In this document: positions 10,877-22,464 of the stretch, piece by piece | Layout of the letters: each line of letters begins with the position of its first letter | Numbering within the stretch: the stretch's first letter is position 1 | Assembly (NCBI GenBank): GCA_045863235.1 | Contig: BTUM01000012.1 | Location: 32,001-96,000, forward strand | Source: Candidatus Xenobia bacterium | GTDB taxonomy: Bacteria > Vulcanimicrobiota > Xenobia > Xenobiales > QWHO01 | Direction: 5' to 3' | DNA: 64,000 nucleotides | Translations under genes and position numbers: made by a program | The notes under the pieces: generated by a model | What the model was told of the DNA's origin: nothing | Database searches by the model: none | The model's input: only the letters and a program-made list of their open reading frames with translations

Positions 10877-11503
10877 TCAGTAACTCTGCTGTCGCTGCCA
10901 CCAGGGAGTGCAGTTGGGGGTGTCGGCCTCGACCGGCGCTTGAGCGTGAGCGGCCAGGTCCACTCGATTCTGCAGCTCGTTGCCAGGATGGAAGACCAGC
11001 TGGCCATTGTTGCTCATCACCGTGCCATAGACGCTGTGGCCGTTGGCCTGAAAGTCATTGAAGCTCTCTTTGGCTGTCAGGGCGCCGAGCAGGGCGCCGC
11101 CGGCGGCGCAGACGGCCACCGGGGCGGCCAGGGCCACACCCTCGAACATGCCGTAGAAGCCAGCCGTCAGAATCGAGGCGACCGTGCCCAGCACGTTGAT
11201 CCCGACCACGCCCACGACCCCCAGAATGGCGCCCCCGATGGCTCCCGAGATGGCCTGCTCCCGGACGAAGTCCTTGAGCGTGCGCTGGGAATCGGCGGTT
11301 GTCTTGTAGTGATAGACTGCCTCGGCACCCTGATCGCCCACTTGAAGCTGGCTGAGCATGGATGAGGTGGAATCAAACTTTTGCTCGCCCACCTGCCACC
11401 ATTCGGTGGCCGGACGGGTCGGGGAGCAGGGCTGCTCGGCACTGGCCCGAGCCGGCCGGGAATAGACCTGAGGCAAAGCGGTAGCGGTGGTGGTGACGTT
11501 CAC
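10877..11503 (-). CDS. hypothetical protein with glycine-rich hydrophobic hairpin
   Basis: GTG start with AGGAGG Shine-Dalgarno; GAIGGAILG...AAGGALLG segments. Confidence 0.75.
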   Translation of the reverse strand: MNVTTTATALPQVYSRPARASAEQPCSPTRPATEWWQVGEQKFDSTSSMLSQLQVGDQGAEAVYHYKTTADSQRTLKDFVREQAISGAIGGAILGVVGVVGINVLGTVASILTAGFYGMFEGVALAAPVAVCAAGGALLGALTAKESFNDFQANGHSVYGTVMSNNGQLVFHPGNELQNRVDLAAHAQAPVEADTPNCTPWWQRQQSY

Positions 11504-11600
11504 GGAAAAACCCCTCCTGTATTCGTTCTCTCTCTGTCACAGAAAACAGTACCTGGGTCGAGAGGAATTGTGCTTACCGACTTGTAAATGCTTCGCCCGC

Positions 11601-11921
11601 ATGACGACCTTGACCGCCCTGGATGCCTTCCTGGCCAGCGCCGAGCCACGTCGCTCGGGCTTTGCCCGCGAGCTGCTGCAGAGGCTGCGCTCGGAGCTGC
11701 CCGCCGACTTGCCGCTTGAGCAGCTCGAGCCGTCCCTGGATCGCTTTGTTCTGCGCCATCCCCAGCCGAGCGCGCGTCTGGTATGCCAGCGCCTGCTGAA
11801 CTGGGTGCGGCGGCAAAGGCAGCCCCGGTTTCTTCCCCGACTGCGCTCTAGACCCGAGTGGTCGAGCCTGCGTCAGAGTCCTCCGGTCATCCGCCGCGGC
11901 CCCGACCCGCTGTCGAGGTAA
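11601..11921 (+). CDS. hypothetical protein
   Basis: 106-aa ORF from ATG, divergent from the previous gene. Confidence 0.5.
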   Translation: MTTLTALDAFLASAEPRRSGFARELLQRLRSELPADLPLEQLEPSLDRFVLRHPQPSARLVCQRLLNWVRRQRQPRFLPRLRSRPEWSSLRQSPPVIRRGPDPLSR

Positions 11922-12955
11922 CCCAGGATGTTGCTGGTGTAGAGCGAGTTGACCGCGGCCACCCGACCACGCACAGCGGCATAACGCTGGCTGGACCGGA
12001 TCTCACCTCCGTGGAACTCGAAGAACATCTGCACCGGAAAGGTTTCCCACAGGTTCTCGCTCCGCTCATAGAGGCTCAAGACGCGCTCGATGGTCGAGTC
12101 CAGCGGACCGTGCATCAAAGCCAGGGCCAGCACCGCCTGACGACGCAGCACCACATCCTTCTCGCCGGTCATCTTGTCGGCAACGAAGCTCTGCAGGCGC
12201 TGACGTGTGGCCAGATCCAGACCCGGATGCGAGCCCACCGCCCCCAGGAAGGCCAGGGCCTCCTTGCGGGGCAAACTCGAGTAGCTCCGCATCACGCTGT
12301 CGGAGGTCCGCCCCAGGGCGGCCGAGGGCACTCCCAGCGCGGTGAACATCGACGCTCGCTGGGACGGGTCGATCCAGGCCATGTTGCGGTCGTCGATGCC
12401 GCGATAGACCATCTCGCGCTGATTGGAAGGGTCCATGACCTTCAGGATGCCACCCTGGTTGCCGACCCGCAGTCGCTTGAGATCGCGGCTGGCTTCGAAG
12501 GTGTAGGCCCCGGTCCACTCCTCCCCGATCGGCCCGCCGCCTGGCTCAGGAACAGGTGCCATCGCGGTCTCCACCCTTACCCTGGAGGCCAGGCCGTCAT
12601 AGCGCACGCGCGCCCCCAGCGCCTCGGCCACGAAGCGGAGCGGAACCAGGGTGCGGCCGTCCACCACCCGGGCGGGCTCGTCCAGCCGGACCTCGCGGTC
12701 GTTCACCCGGGCCCGGTCGCTCCCCAGCTCGACCTCGACCCGGTCCGGGCCGCGCTTGGCCACGATCCGTCGCCCCTGTAAGTCCAGGGTGGCACCCAGC
12801 GCCTCGAACAGGGAGCGCATCGGCACCAGCACTCGCTGTCCGCTGCGGATCGGTCGGGCCTCGGCCAGGGTCCGGCCGTCCACCTCCACCGTGATCGGCT
12901 GGGCCAGAGCCCGGCCCGCCAGCACCATCAACAAGACCAGCCACCAACGCGTCAA
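11873..12955 (-). CDS. secreted protein with copper amine oxidase N-terminal (stalk) domain
   Basis: Signal peptide ending ALA, GGAGG SD before TTG, two VLVPMR/TLVPLRFVAEALGA repeats. Confidence 0.8.
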   Translation of the reverse strand: MTRWWLVLLMVLAGRALAQPITVEVDGRTLAEARPIRSGQRVLVPMRSLFEALGATLDLQGRRIVAKRGPDRVEVELGSDRARVNDREVRLDEPARVVDGRTLVPLRFVAEALGARVRYDGLASRVRVETAMAPVPEPGGGPIGEEWTGAYTFEASRDLKRLRVGNQGGILKVMDPSNQREMVYRGIDDRNMAWIDPSQRASMFTALGVPSAALGRTSDSVMRSYSSLPRKEALAFLGAVGSHPGLDLATRQRLQSFVADKMTGEKDVVLRRQAVLALALMHGPLDSTIERVLSLYERSENLWETFPVQMFFEFHGGEIRSSQRYAAVRGRVAAVNSLYTSNILGYLDSGSGPRRMTGGL

Positions 12956-13019
12956 GTCGAAATGTCCTCCATCCACCAGGGTTCGACAGGTAGAACCGCC
13001 AAGTCTCGTTCGGGTTGCT

Positions 13020-15074
<2,055 letters not shown>

Positions 15075-16118
15075 AACGCAGTGGCGCGAGCACCAAGTCG
15101 AGCAGCGAGCGCAGCCTCTCCAAGCTGACGCGCGAGGTGCAGCAACAGGCCACCAGCTCCCCTCCGGGGGCCAGCAGCTCATGGCAGCGACGATAAAGCT
15201 TGCGATAAGCGGCCAGCACGCGCTCGAGCTGGTCGCTGCGCCCCGTCATCGGGGGCGGATCGACCACGATCAGGTCGTAGGGGCCGGGGGGCACCTCGCT
15301 CCAGGGGCCCGCCAGCAGGTCCTGACGCACCCAGCTCTGGACCTCACCGCCGTGATGCTGGCGGCCGAACTCGAGTGCGGCGGCGGAGCTGTCCACGTTG
15401 ACCACCCGGGCAGCCCCCGCCTGCTGGCAGGCCAGCCCCAGCGAGCCGGTATAGCAGAACAGGTTGAGCACCCGCTTGCCGGCGAGGTCGCGAGAGAGCA
15501 TCTCCCGGCGTAAACCGCGCAAATCGAGGAAGGTGCCGCTCTTCTGGCCCGCCCCGAGGTCGGCCCAGAGCCGCAACGGGCCCTCCCGAAAGCTGACCTG
15601 GCCGACGGGGGGACCGAACAGTACCCGGTCAGGCAGCTCCTGACCGGCCCGTCGCCGGGGCAGCTTCCAGAGCAAGGTCTCCAGCCCGAGCCAGCGGCGA
15701 GCCAGGCAGCCGAGGTAGCGCCCCAGGCCGTCCACGGCGCTGGAATAGGTCTGCAGAACCCCAACCGGGCCGTAGCGGTCCAGCACCACACCCGGAAGGC
15801 CGTCGCTCTCGCCGTTCACCAGGCGCACGGCCTCGGTCTCGACGGCCAGCTTCTCGCGCCGGCCAAGAGCCTTGCGCAGGCGGCGTTGCAGGGTGCTGGT
15901 ATCGGGCAGGCTCTCCCCCAGCCAGCGGATGGCCACCACGCCCTCGGCCTGGTAGACCCCATAGCCTACGGTCTGGTTGGACCCGTCCACCAGGTGCAGC
16001 CACTGGCCGTCTCGGAAGATCTCGGCCGCGCTGGACATGGCTCCCCGGAACACCCAGGGATGCCCCTGGCGCAGGGCTCGGGCGGCGGGACCCTTGAGCT
16101 GGTAGCGGCGGGGCGCTC

Positions 16119-16286
16119 TCAGCGCTCCTCGCTCCAGTAGTACTCCTCCGAGCCCTCGGTGCGCAACTGGGCCCGCAAGCGTGCCAGCTCGAGCTGGAGC
16201 TTCTGAACCCGGGCGCGGTCTTTCTCGGGATCGAGCCCCTGGAGCTCTTGCTCGACAGCCCGAATCTGGCGGCGTATCTCGTCCAT
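16119..16286 (-). CDS. 55-aa coiled-coil protein (below the ORF-track cutoff)
   Basis: MDEIRRQIRAVEQELQGLDPEKDRARVQKLQLELARLRAQLRTEGSEEYYWSEER; AGAGGACGGAG upstream; stop overlaps the methyltransferase start. Confidence 0.65.
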   Translation of the reverse strand: MDEIRRQIRAVEQELQGLDPEKDRARVQKLQLELARLRAQLRTEGSEEYYWSEER

Positions 16287-16372
16287 TCTCCGTCCTCTTT
16301 GCAGTCCTTCGACGTCCCGCGAGGTTGAGCTTTTGAGGCAGGAGTTCCCCCTCCCTCCTCGCAGGTGGGGCC

Positions 16373-17494
16373 ATGGGCAGCGCCTACATCCCCGGCCTCA
16401 AGGTCAATCCTGCCACCGAGCTGGTGCTCGAGCGGCGCCTGCCGCTCAAGGGAGCGGTCATCGTCGAGGTGGGCCAGCAAGTGGCTCACAGTGACGTGGT
16501 GGCCCGCACCGAGCTGCCGGGCTCGGTCGAGATGGTCAACGTGGCCAACAAGCTGGGCCTGGAGCCCTCCGAGGTGCCCCAGGCCATGTTCGGCAAGGTG
16601 GGCGAAAGCGTGACCAAAGGCCAACCGATGGCCCAGAACCGGGGATTCTTCGGCTTTTTCAAGGGCAAGCTGGAAGCCCCCATCAGCGGCAAGATCGAGG
16701 ACATCTCCGAGATCACCGGCCAGGTGGTGCTGCGCCGACCGCCCGTGCCGGTGGAGAAGGTGGCCTACGTGGATGGTGTGGTGGACGAGATCCTGCCCGA
16801 GGAAGGGGTGCTGATCCGCACCTTCGGGGCTCACCTGCAGGGCATCTTCGGCATCGGGGGCGAGACCACCGGCGAGCTCGTCCTGCTGAGCCCGGCCCCC
16901 GACCAGCAGCTCCACGAGCGTGATCTGACCGAGGCCCACCGAGGCAAGGTGCTGGTGGGCGGCTCGCTGGTCAGCAACACCTTCCTGCAGGCCTGTCGGC
17001 GGCTGGGGGTGGCCGGGGTGATCGTGGCCGGCATTCACGACCGCGACCTGCGCGATTTTCTCGGCTACGACCTGGGAGTGGCCATCACCGGCTCAGAGCA
17101 GCTGGGCCTGACCCTGGTCATCACGGAAGGCTTCGGGCCCATCCGCATGGCCGACCGCACCTGGCGCCTGTTGAGCGAGAACCAGGGTCGCCGGGCCTCG
17201 CTGTCGGGAGCCACTCAGATCCGGGCGGGCGTGATCCGCCCCGAGGTCATCATTCCAGCCCCCCGGCCCGAGACCAGCCAGAGCGCCGAGGAGAGCAATC
17301 TGGGCCTGGATGTGGGCGCGGCCGTGCGGCTGATCCGCCAACCCCACTTTGGAGCTCTGGGCAAGGTGGTGGAGCTGCCGGTGGCCCTGACGGTCATCCC
17401 CACCGAGGCCCACGTGCGGGTGGCCGTGGTGCAGCTCGAGGACGGGGAGAAACTGACTGTGCCGCGCGCCAACCTGGAGCTGATCGAGAGCTGA
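16373..17494 (+). CDS. conserved hypothetical protein with barrel-sandwich-hybrid-like repeats and C-terminal KOW-like domain
   Basis: VEVGQQV / KVGESVTKGQPM repeats, TEGFG, GATQIRAGVIRPE, C-terminal VPRANLE. Confidence 0.75.
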   Translation: MGSAYIPGLKVNPATELVLERRLPLKGAVIVEVGQQVAHSDVVARTELPGSVEMVNVANKLGLEPSEVPQAMFGKVGESVTKGQPMAQNRGFFGFFKGKLEAPISGKIEDISEITGQVVLRRPPVPVEKVAYVDGVVDEILPEEGVLIRTFGAHLQGIFGIGGETTGELVLLSPAPDQQLHERDLTEAHRGKVLVGGSLVSNTFLQACRRLGVAGVIVAGIHDRDLRDFLGYDLGVAITGSEQLGLTLVITEGFGPIRMADRTWRLLSENQGRRASLSGATQIRAGVIRPEVIIPAPRPETSQSAEESNLGLDVGAAVRLIRQPHFGALGKVVELPVALTVIPTEAHVRVAVVQLEDGEKLTVPRANLELIES

Positions 17495-17600
17495 CCAGAC
17501 GCCAAAAGAGGATCTCCGGGGGATGTTCGAAGAATAGTTCGATTGAAGTCCCTTAAAGCTCCGTGGCCCAACGCCGCGAAACACGAAGGTTGGAGAGCGC

Positions 17601-18500
17601 ATGAAGAAATTGGGCGTGGCCCTGGCGGCCTTTCTTGTTTTCTCGGGCTCGGTGGCAAGAGCCGAAGAGGGCAGTTTTTCCGACACCGTGGCCCAGGTCG
17701 TGCCCGGCCCCATCCTTCCCGGCATCAGCCATCCCCCGCTGGTTCCCCCGCCCATCGACCTGGAAGTGCCCCCCATCGTGGACCCGGAGGTGCCGGCCAT
17801 CGAGCTGGTCCCGGCCGAGATCGAGCCCGTGCCCCCCGTCTTCGTGCCCATGGCGAGCGACTGGGGCTATGTCAACGAGAATGCCTACAACGCTTTGATC
17901 GAGCGCTCGGTTCAGACGGAGTGGACAGATACCGCAAATCCCCTCCCCCCTCGCCTCTTCAAGGCCCTGATCGCGGTCGAAAGCGCCTTCAAGCCCCGGG
18001 CCCGCAGCTGGGCGGGAGCGGTAGGTCTCACCCAGTTGATGCCGGAAGCCGCCCAGCGCCTGGGACTGAGCCTTTCCGATCGCCTGGTTCCCGAACTGGC
18101 CGTTCCGGCTGGCGTGAAAGTCCTGCAAGAAAAGCACCAGGTCGTGATGGACCCGCTCAATTACTGGTCCTACCTCGGCCAACCCGACCGCTGCGAAGCC
18201 TGGAACCTCAAGGTGGATGAGGCTTACAAGCTCCATGGGATGCCCCAGGGCGACGACCGCCTCTTCTTGATGCTGGCCGCTTACAACGGGGGCGGGTCCA
18301 CCGTGCTGCGGGCCATGGCCAAAGCCCACGACCGCCAGCTCGACCCGCGCAAGTGGTCGAGCCTGGTGGGTCCCACCAACCGACCCCGCAACTCGCCTCT
18401 CTACGGGGCCTGCGTGGAGGTCTACGGCCGGGGTGCCTGGGGCAAGTACCAGGAGATCTCCCGCTACCCGGTCAAGATCTTCGCCCTCTACCAGCGCTGA
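17601..18500 (+). CDS. secreted lytic transglycosylase (SLT domain)
   Basis: Signal peptide; VESAF, GAVGLTQLMP, LAAYNGG motifs. Confidence 0.9.
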   Translation: MKKLGVALAAFLVFSGSVARAEEGSFSDTVAQVVPGPILPGISHPPLVPPPIDLEVPPIVDPEVPAIELVPAEIEPVPPVFVPMASDWGYVNENAYNALIERSVQTEWTDTANPLPPRLFKALIAVESAFKPRARSWAGAVGLTQLMPEAAQRLGLSLSDRLVPELAVPAGVKVLQEKHQVVMDPLNYWSYLGQPDRCEAWNLKVDEAYKLHGMPQGDDRLFLMLAAYNGGGSTVLRAMAKAHDRQLDPRKWSSLVGPTNRPRNSPLYGACVEVYGRGAWGKYQEISRYPVKIFALYQR

Positions 18501-19003
18501 GTCTCGAACCCTACTATCGGGGGGAAGCTGCGCCTCTGCACCCGCGCCATCCGGTGCACGTGGTGCTCGACAACGTGCGCAGCGCCTTCAACGTCGGCTC
18601 GATCTTCCGCACGGCTGACGCGGGGGCGGTGGAGCACATCTACCTGTGCGGCCAGCTGACCTGTTGGCCGCCCCACAAGAAGCTGGAGAAGACCTCTCTG
18701 GGAGCCCACGCCTACGTGCCCTGGTCGCGCCACGCCAACACCCTCGAGGCCCTGAAGCAGCTCAGAGCGCGGGGGATCCCCATCGTTGCCCTGGAGACCA
18801 CCGAGCAGGCCGCCAGCATGCACGAGTTCGTCTGGCCTCGGCCGGTGGCGCTGGTCTTTGGCCACGAGGTGGTGGGTCTGGAACGGGAGGTCTTGCTGGC
18901 CTGCGACCACCAGGTGCGCATTCCCACCTTCGGCAGCAAGAACTCACTCAACGTGGCCACCGCCTTCGGGATCGTGCTCTACGACGTTCTGTCCAGAAGG
19001 TAA
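18497..19003 (+). CDS. TrmH/SpoU-family RNA 2'-O-methyltransferase (start uncertain)
   Basis: LDNVRSAFNVGSIFRTAD, LVFGHEVVG, SLNVATA. Confidence 0.88.
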   Translation: MSLEPYYRGEAAPLHPRHPVHVVLDNVRSAFNVGSIFRTADAGAVEHIYLCGQLTCWPPHKKLEKTSLGAHAYVPWSRHANTLEALKQLRARGIPIVALETTEQAASMHEFVWPRPVALVFGHEVVGLEREVLLACDHQVRIPTFGSKNSLNVATAFGIVLYDVLSRR

Positions 19004-19019
19004 CAATTCGTTTACAGCT

Positions 19020-19300
19020 CGTGCTTGAATCCGGTTCGGCCTGAGCTTAGCTTGGGAGCGTATCGTCATGGTACCGCCCACTTCGAGGGCGAGCAATATC
19101 GATGGTCCTCCCGGAAGGGTCCATACTCCGGGTCGACGCTGTCGGGTCGACCTCCGACAGGGGTAGCGCGCAGACCTCAGCACGTCGCATGGCCCCGGTT
19201 GCGAGATACCGAGGTGAGGCCCGGCGCAGGGTGGAAGCCTTTTGGGGCAACCAGCCAAGGCGGAACCGGGAGACCCGGTTGTGGGGTGGAGGCCGGGCAT
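19020..19300 (+). ncRNA. candidate structured RNA / leader of unknown class
   Basis: 390-bp gene-free interval with many hairpins, ending in an intrinsic terminator. Confidence 0.5.
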
Positions 19301-19329
19301 AAAGCCGTCCTTGCAAAAGGACGGCTTTT
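19301..19329 (+). terminator. intrinsic terminator
   Basis: AAAGCCGTCCTT-GCAA-AAGGACGGCTTT stem followed by T. Confidence 0.85.
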
Positions 19330-19392
19330 GTGTCCGGCAGGACTCCAGGATGCCCCACAGAAGCTGAGGGCGCTTTGTCGGAACAAACAGGA

Positions 19393-19998
19393 TTGGCGAA
19401 ATTGCTGAAGATCGGGCTCTTGTCGAGCCTGGCCACGGCCTTGATGATGACCGTGGAGATCCCTTATCCCGGCGCGCCCTACCTCAAGTACGACCCTTCC
19501 GAAGTACCCGTGCTCATCGGAGGCTTCGCCTTCGGGCCGCTGGCGGGGCTGGCCATCCTGGTGGTCAAGAACCTCTTGTTCATGCTGTTTCGTTTCGAGC
19601 CCACCCAGCTGGTGGGCATCCCCTTGAACACCCTGGCCGGAGCCGCCCTGGTGCTGACCAGCTCGAGCTTCTACCAGCTCAAGAAGACTCGCTCTCGGGC
19701 GCTGGTGGCCCTGGTGCTGGGAGGGGTGAGCATGACCTGCGTCATGATACCGGCCAACCTGTACGTGCTGCCCTGGTTCACGCGCTGGATGACCGGCGAG
19801 GCCATGAGCACGGCGGGGATGCTGCCCTTCATCCTCACGGTGATCACCCCGTTCAACCTGCTCAAAGCCGGATTGACCTCGACCCTGACCTTCCTGGTCT
19901 ACAAGCGCGTCTCGATCTTCCTCAAAGAAGAAAGGCGCCAGGTTCAAGAAGAAAGACGCCCGGGGCTGGGAACCTCCCGGGCGCGGATACCTGGCTAA
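19393..19998 (+). CDS. ECF transporter S component (RibU-like)
   Basis: EIP...YLKYDPSEVPVLIGGFAFGP...KN...PFNLLK; about six TM helices. Confidence 0.85.
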   Translation: MAKLLKIGLLSSLATALMMTVEIPYPGAPYLKYDPSEVPVLIGGFAFGPLAGLAILVVKNLLFMLFRFEPTQLVGIPLNTLAGAALVLTSSSFYQLKKTRSRALVALVLGGVSMTCVMIPANLYVLPWFTRWMTGEAMSTAGMLPFILTVITPFNLLKAGLTSTLTFLVYKRVSIFLKEERRQVQEERRPGLGTSRARIPG

Positions 19999-20010
19999 TT
20001 TCGTCTCGCT

Positions 20011-20274
20011 TCAGCGCAGACTCGGAAGCTCGTTGGGCCCCCACTCGCGCACACCCGCCATCCCGCGTCCCCGCGACCGGGGGCGCCTGAGGTGCACCTC
20101 GAGCTCGTGCACCTTGGTGGCGAAGAACAAGACCACAACCGAGCAGGCCAGGCCGAGACACGATGAGGTTAGCAACCGGATCTGCCAGTTCGGGTCAGCG
20201 TCATTGGTGTAGAGAAAGTAACCCACAGCCACGCCTGATACGGCGGCGGCGATAGTCAACAAGCGGCGAAACAT
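20011..20274 (-). CDS. small membrane protein
   Basis: Two hydrophobic helices; start uncertain. Confidence 0.55.
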   Translation of the reverse strand: MFRRLLTIAAAVSGVAVGYFLYTNDADPNWQIRLLTSSCLGLACSVVVLFFATKVHELEVHLRRPRSRGRGMAGVREWGPNELPSLR

Positions 20275-20391
20275 TCCAAGCAGAAGGAGCAACACGCAGG
20301 TCCATCCCCCAGCCTCGTCAAGGTTTTTGGCAACGAGGACTGTTATGGTTCTAGTTTAGCGCCAGGACCCGCCGGATGTCTGTGAACCGGC

Positions 20392-21123
20392 TCACACCGG
20401 GGCCGGCTCACGCCCCTTCTTGATGTCGTCTTGCTGCATCTGGGCCCGAGCGGCCGACTCCTTGCCGGCCGCCTCCGCCTCCACGGCCCGGTCCTGCTGG
20501 GAGGGCGTGGCCGGAGCCAGGGCTGCCTTGCGAATCTTGGCCATCTTGTCGGCCGTCTTCTTGGGATCGCCCGCCTCTCCCATGTCCACCTCGACCTTGC
20601 CGCCGGTCACAAAAGTCTTGCCGTTCGAGGCGGTGTAAGTCTCGAAGACCGGACCACCCCGGGCATGCTCGCCCGCCTCGTTGAGGTGCTCCTGCTCGTG
20701 GGCGCGCACTTCCTGGTCGCGCTCCTCGAGCACTTTGAGGGGATTGGTGCCGGAGCCGCCATTGGTGGAGATGCACCCGCAACCCTTGGCGCAGACGTGC
20801 CGGGCCATCTCCTCGTCCTGGGCGCTGGCTTTGGGCATTCCGCTGGGATCCAGACCATTGGCATTGCCGTTGGCCTCATTCGGGTTGGCGGGGTTGCCGG
20901 TCTTGTCATTGGCACCGTTCGCGTTGCCGTTCTTGTCGGCCGGGGCGCCAAAGTTGGGAATGCTGCCGGTCGGCTTCTCGGTCTCGGCCTGACTCACCGT
21001 GACCCGATCTTCGATGGGCGAGGGCGGCCGGGGGGCCGGGCCATCGTCGACCTCGACGCCCGCTTGACGCCTGAGACCGAGGGGCGCTCCAGGATTGAAG
21101 CCGATAGGGTCCATGCCAGCCAT
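20392..21123 (-). CDS. SprA-related family protein
   Basis: RDQEVRAHEQEH, GGKV, AALAPAxPSxQD motifs. Confidence 0.8.
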   Translation of the reverse strand: MAGMDPIGFNPGAPLGLRRQAGVEVDDGPAPRPPSPIEDRVTVSQAETEKPTGSIPNFGAPADKNGNANGANDKTGNPANPNEANGNANGLDPSGMPKASAQDEEMARHVCAKGCGCISTNGGSGTNPLKVLEERDQEVRAHEQEHLNEAGEHARGGPVFETYTASNGKTFVTGGKVEVDMGEAGDPKKTADKMAKIRKAALAPATPSQQDRAVEAEAAGKESAARAQMQQDDIKKGREPAPV

Positions 21124-21245
21124 GAGAAGAACCTTCCGTCCCTTTTTTCTTATCTGCATTTTACGTCAAGCATGTTGCCGACGTATGAACCTTTCCGACC
21201 AGTTTTGCGCAGGTTCGCGGAGCCCCCGGGCAGAACCCGAAGCAC

Positions 21246-21617
21246 ATGGTGCCCCGCATCCTGGTCTTGCTGGCTCTCCTGGTGGGTATCGTGCAGGCCG
21301 GCGACTTCGATCCGCCCACCCCTCGCATCACTTTGCTCAAGCCGGCTCGTGAGCTCGAGCTCGCCCCCGGCGGCCAGGCTCGCGTGCAGATGATGGGCTC
21401 GAACCTGGAGCTGTTTCGCTACGGGCAGGTCATGCGCGAGAAGCAGAACCAGCGCGCCTTCAAGGTTCACCTGGAGGAGCCGTCCTCGGCCGGCGCCATG
21501 CGCTCGCTCACGGTGGAGGCGGGCCCGGATGCCGCTCCCGGGGCCTACGAGCTGCGCCTGTTCACCCCCCTGACCTCGGTCGCTCTCCCCCTGGAGCTGA
21601 CCGTGGTGGGGCCCTGA
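21246..21617 (+). CDS. secreted hypothetical protein (Ig-like)
   Basis: Signal peptide ending VQA; AAPGAYEL beta-sandwich-like segment. Confidence 0.65.
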   Translation: MVPRILVLLALLVGIVQAGDFDPPTPRITLLKPARELELAPGGQARVQMMGSNLELFRYGQVMREKQNQRAFKVHLEEPSSAGAMRSLTVEAGPDAAPGAYELRLFTPLTSVALPLELTVVGP

Positions 21618-21967
21618 TGGAGCTCTGGCTGCTGGGCGTTCTGGCCACGGCCTGGGCGGTCGAGGCTCTGATGCTGTGGTGGCGAGCCTGGCCCCGCCCG
21701 GCCCTGATCTCCCTGATCCTGACCGGCTTCAAGGCCCTGCTGCTGCTGATCGTGCTGCCCGGGGTTACGGGCGCGGGCGACAGCGTGCTGAGCACCGCCC
21801 TGTGGATCCTCATGCTCAGTGTGCTGGTGGACGGGCTGGGCCTGAGCTTGAGCCGTCCTCGCCGCTCGGCCAGCGAGGTGCTGCGAGCCTGCCTGGCCAT
21901 CGATCTGGCCTATGCCCTGGTGCTGGTACTGATGGCCGGCGGCCTGATGCTGGGGGTGGGGGCCTGA
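21617..21967 (+). CDS. four-helix membrane protein
   Basis: Hydrophobic ORF, TGATG coupled to the previous gene. Confidence 0.65.
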   Translation: MELWLLGVLATAWAVEALMLWWRAWPRPALISLILTGFKALLLLIVLPGVTGAGDSVLSTALWILMLSVLVDGLGLSLSRPRRSASEVLRACLAIDLAYALVLVLMAGGLMLGVGA

Positions 21968-21969
21968 CC

Positions 21970-22464
21970 ATGCTGGGCCGACTGAACCCCTTTGCCGGCG
22001 GGCAGGACCCGCCCGACCGCCAGAACGAGGCGCAGGCCCTGCGCCTGGAGCTGGAAGAGGCCCAGCGCCAGTTGGAGGCCGCACGCCGCGAGCTGGAAAC
22101 GTTGCGCTTCACGGCCAGCCGCAGCCAGCAAGAGCTGGCCGAGGAGCGGCTCGAGCAGCTCTTCGGCGAGCTGGCCACCCCGGTGGCCCAGTTCAGCGTG
22201 CAACGCGCCCTCAGCCGGCAGGAGGTGGAGCTCAAGCCGCGCGATCTCCTGGCCGTGACCGCCCGGCTGGTGCAGGCCCTGGAGACGGCCGGACTCAAGC
22301 TGGAAGGCGAGCCGGGCGACGAGCTCGAGTACAGCCCCGATCATCACCAGCCGCTCAGCCTGGAGGAGACCCTCAAGCCGGGCCAGCCGGTGCGCCTTCG
22401 CTTCCCGGGCGTCTCGTATCGAGGCCGCTGGCTCAAGAAGGCCATGGTGGAGAAGCGCTCGTGA
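21970..22464 (+). CDS. GrpE-like nucleotide exchange factor
   Basis: Coiled coil then GD..YSPDHH...PG..YRGRWLKKAMV; adjacent to Hsp70. Confidence 0.75.
   Translation: MLGRLNPFAGGQDPPDRQNEAQALRLELEEAQRQLEAARRELETLRFTASRSQQELAEERLEQLFGELATPVAQFSVQRALSRQEVELKPRDLLAVTARLVQALETAGLKLEGEPGDELEYSPDHHQPLSLEETLKPGQPVRLRFPGVSYRGRWLKKAMVEKRS

Noticed and set aside
17528..17541. Gram-positive-type LexA box CGAAG-AATA-GTTCG upstream of the transglycosylase
   Set aside because: Mismatch in the conserved GAAC half-site, single occurrence, and no clear promoter overlap.
19013..19142. 6S RNA call for the 5' half of this intergenic region
   Set aside because: It can be drawn as a rod with GGGAG/CUCCC but is only about 130 nt, overlaps a likely promoter and has no terminator; 38901-39103 fits 6S better.
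19215..19360. FMN riboswitch or T-box upstream of the ECF S-component
   Set aside because: Only GCAGGGTGGAA resembles either; the remaining FMN blocks and the T-box antiterminator geometry are absent.
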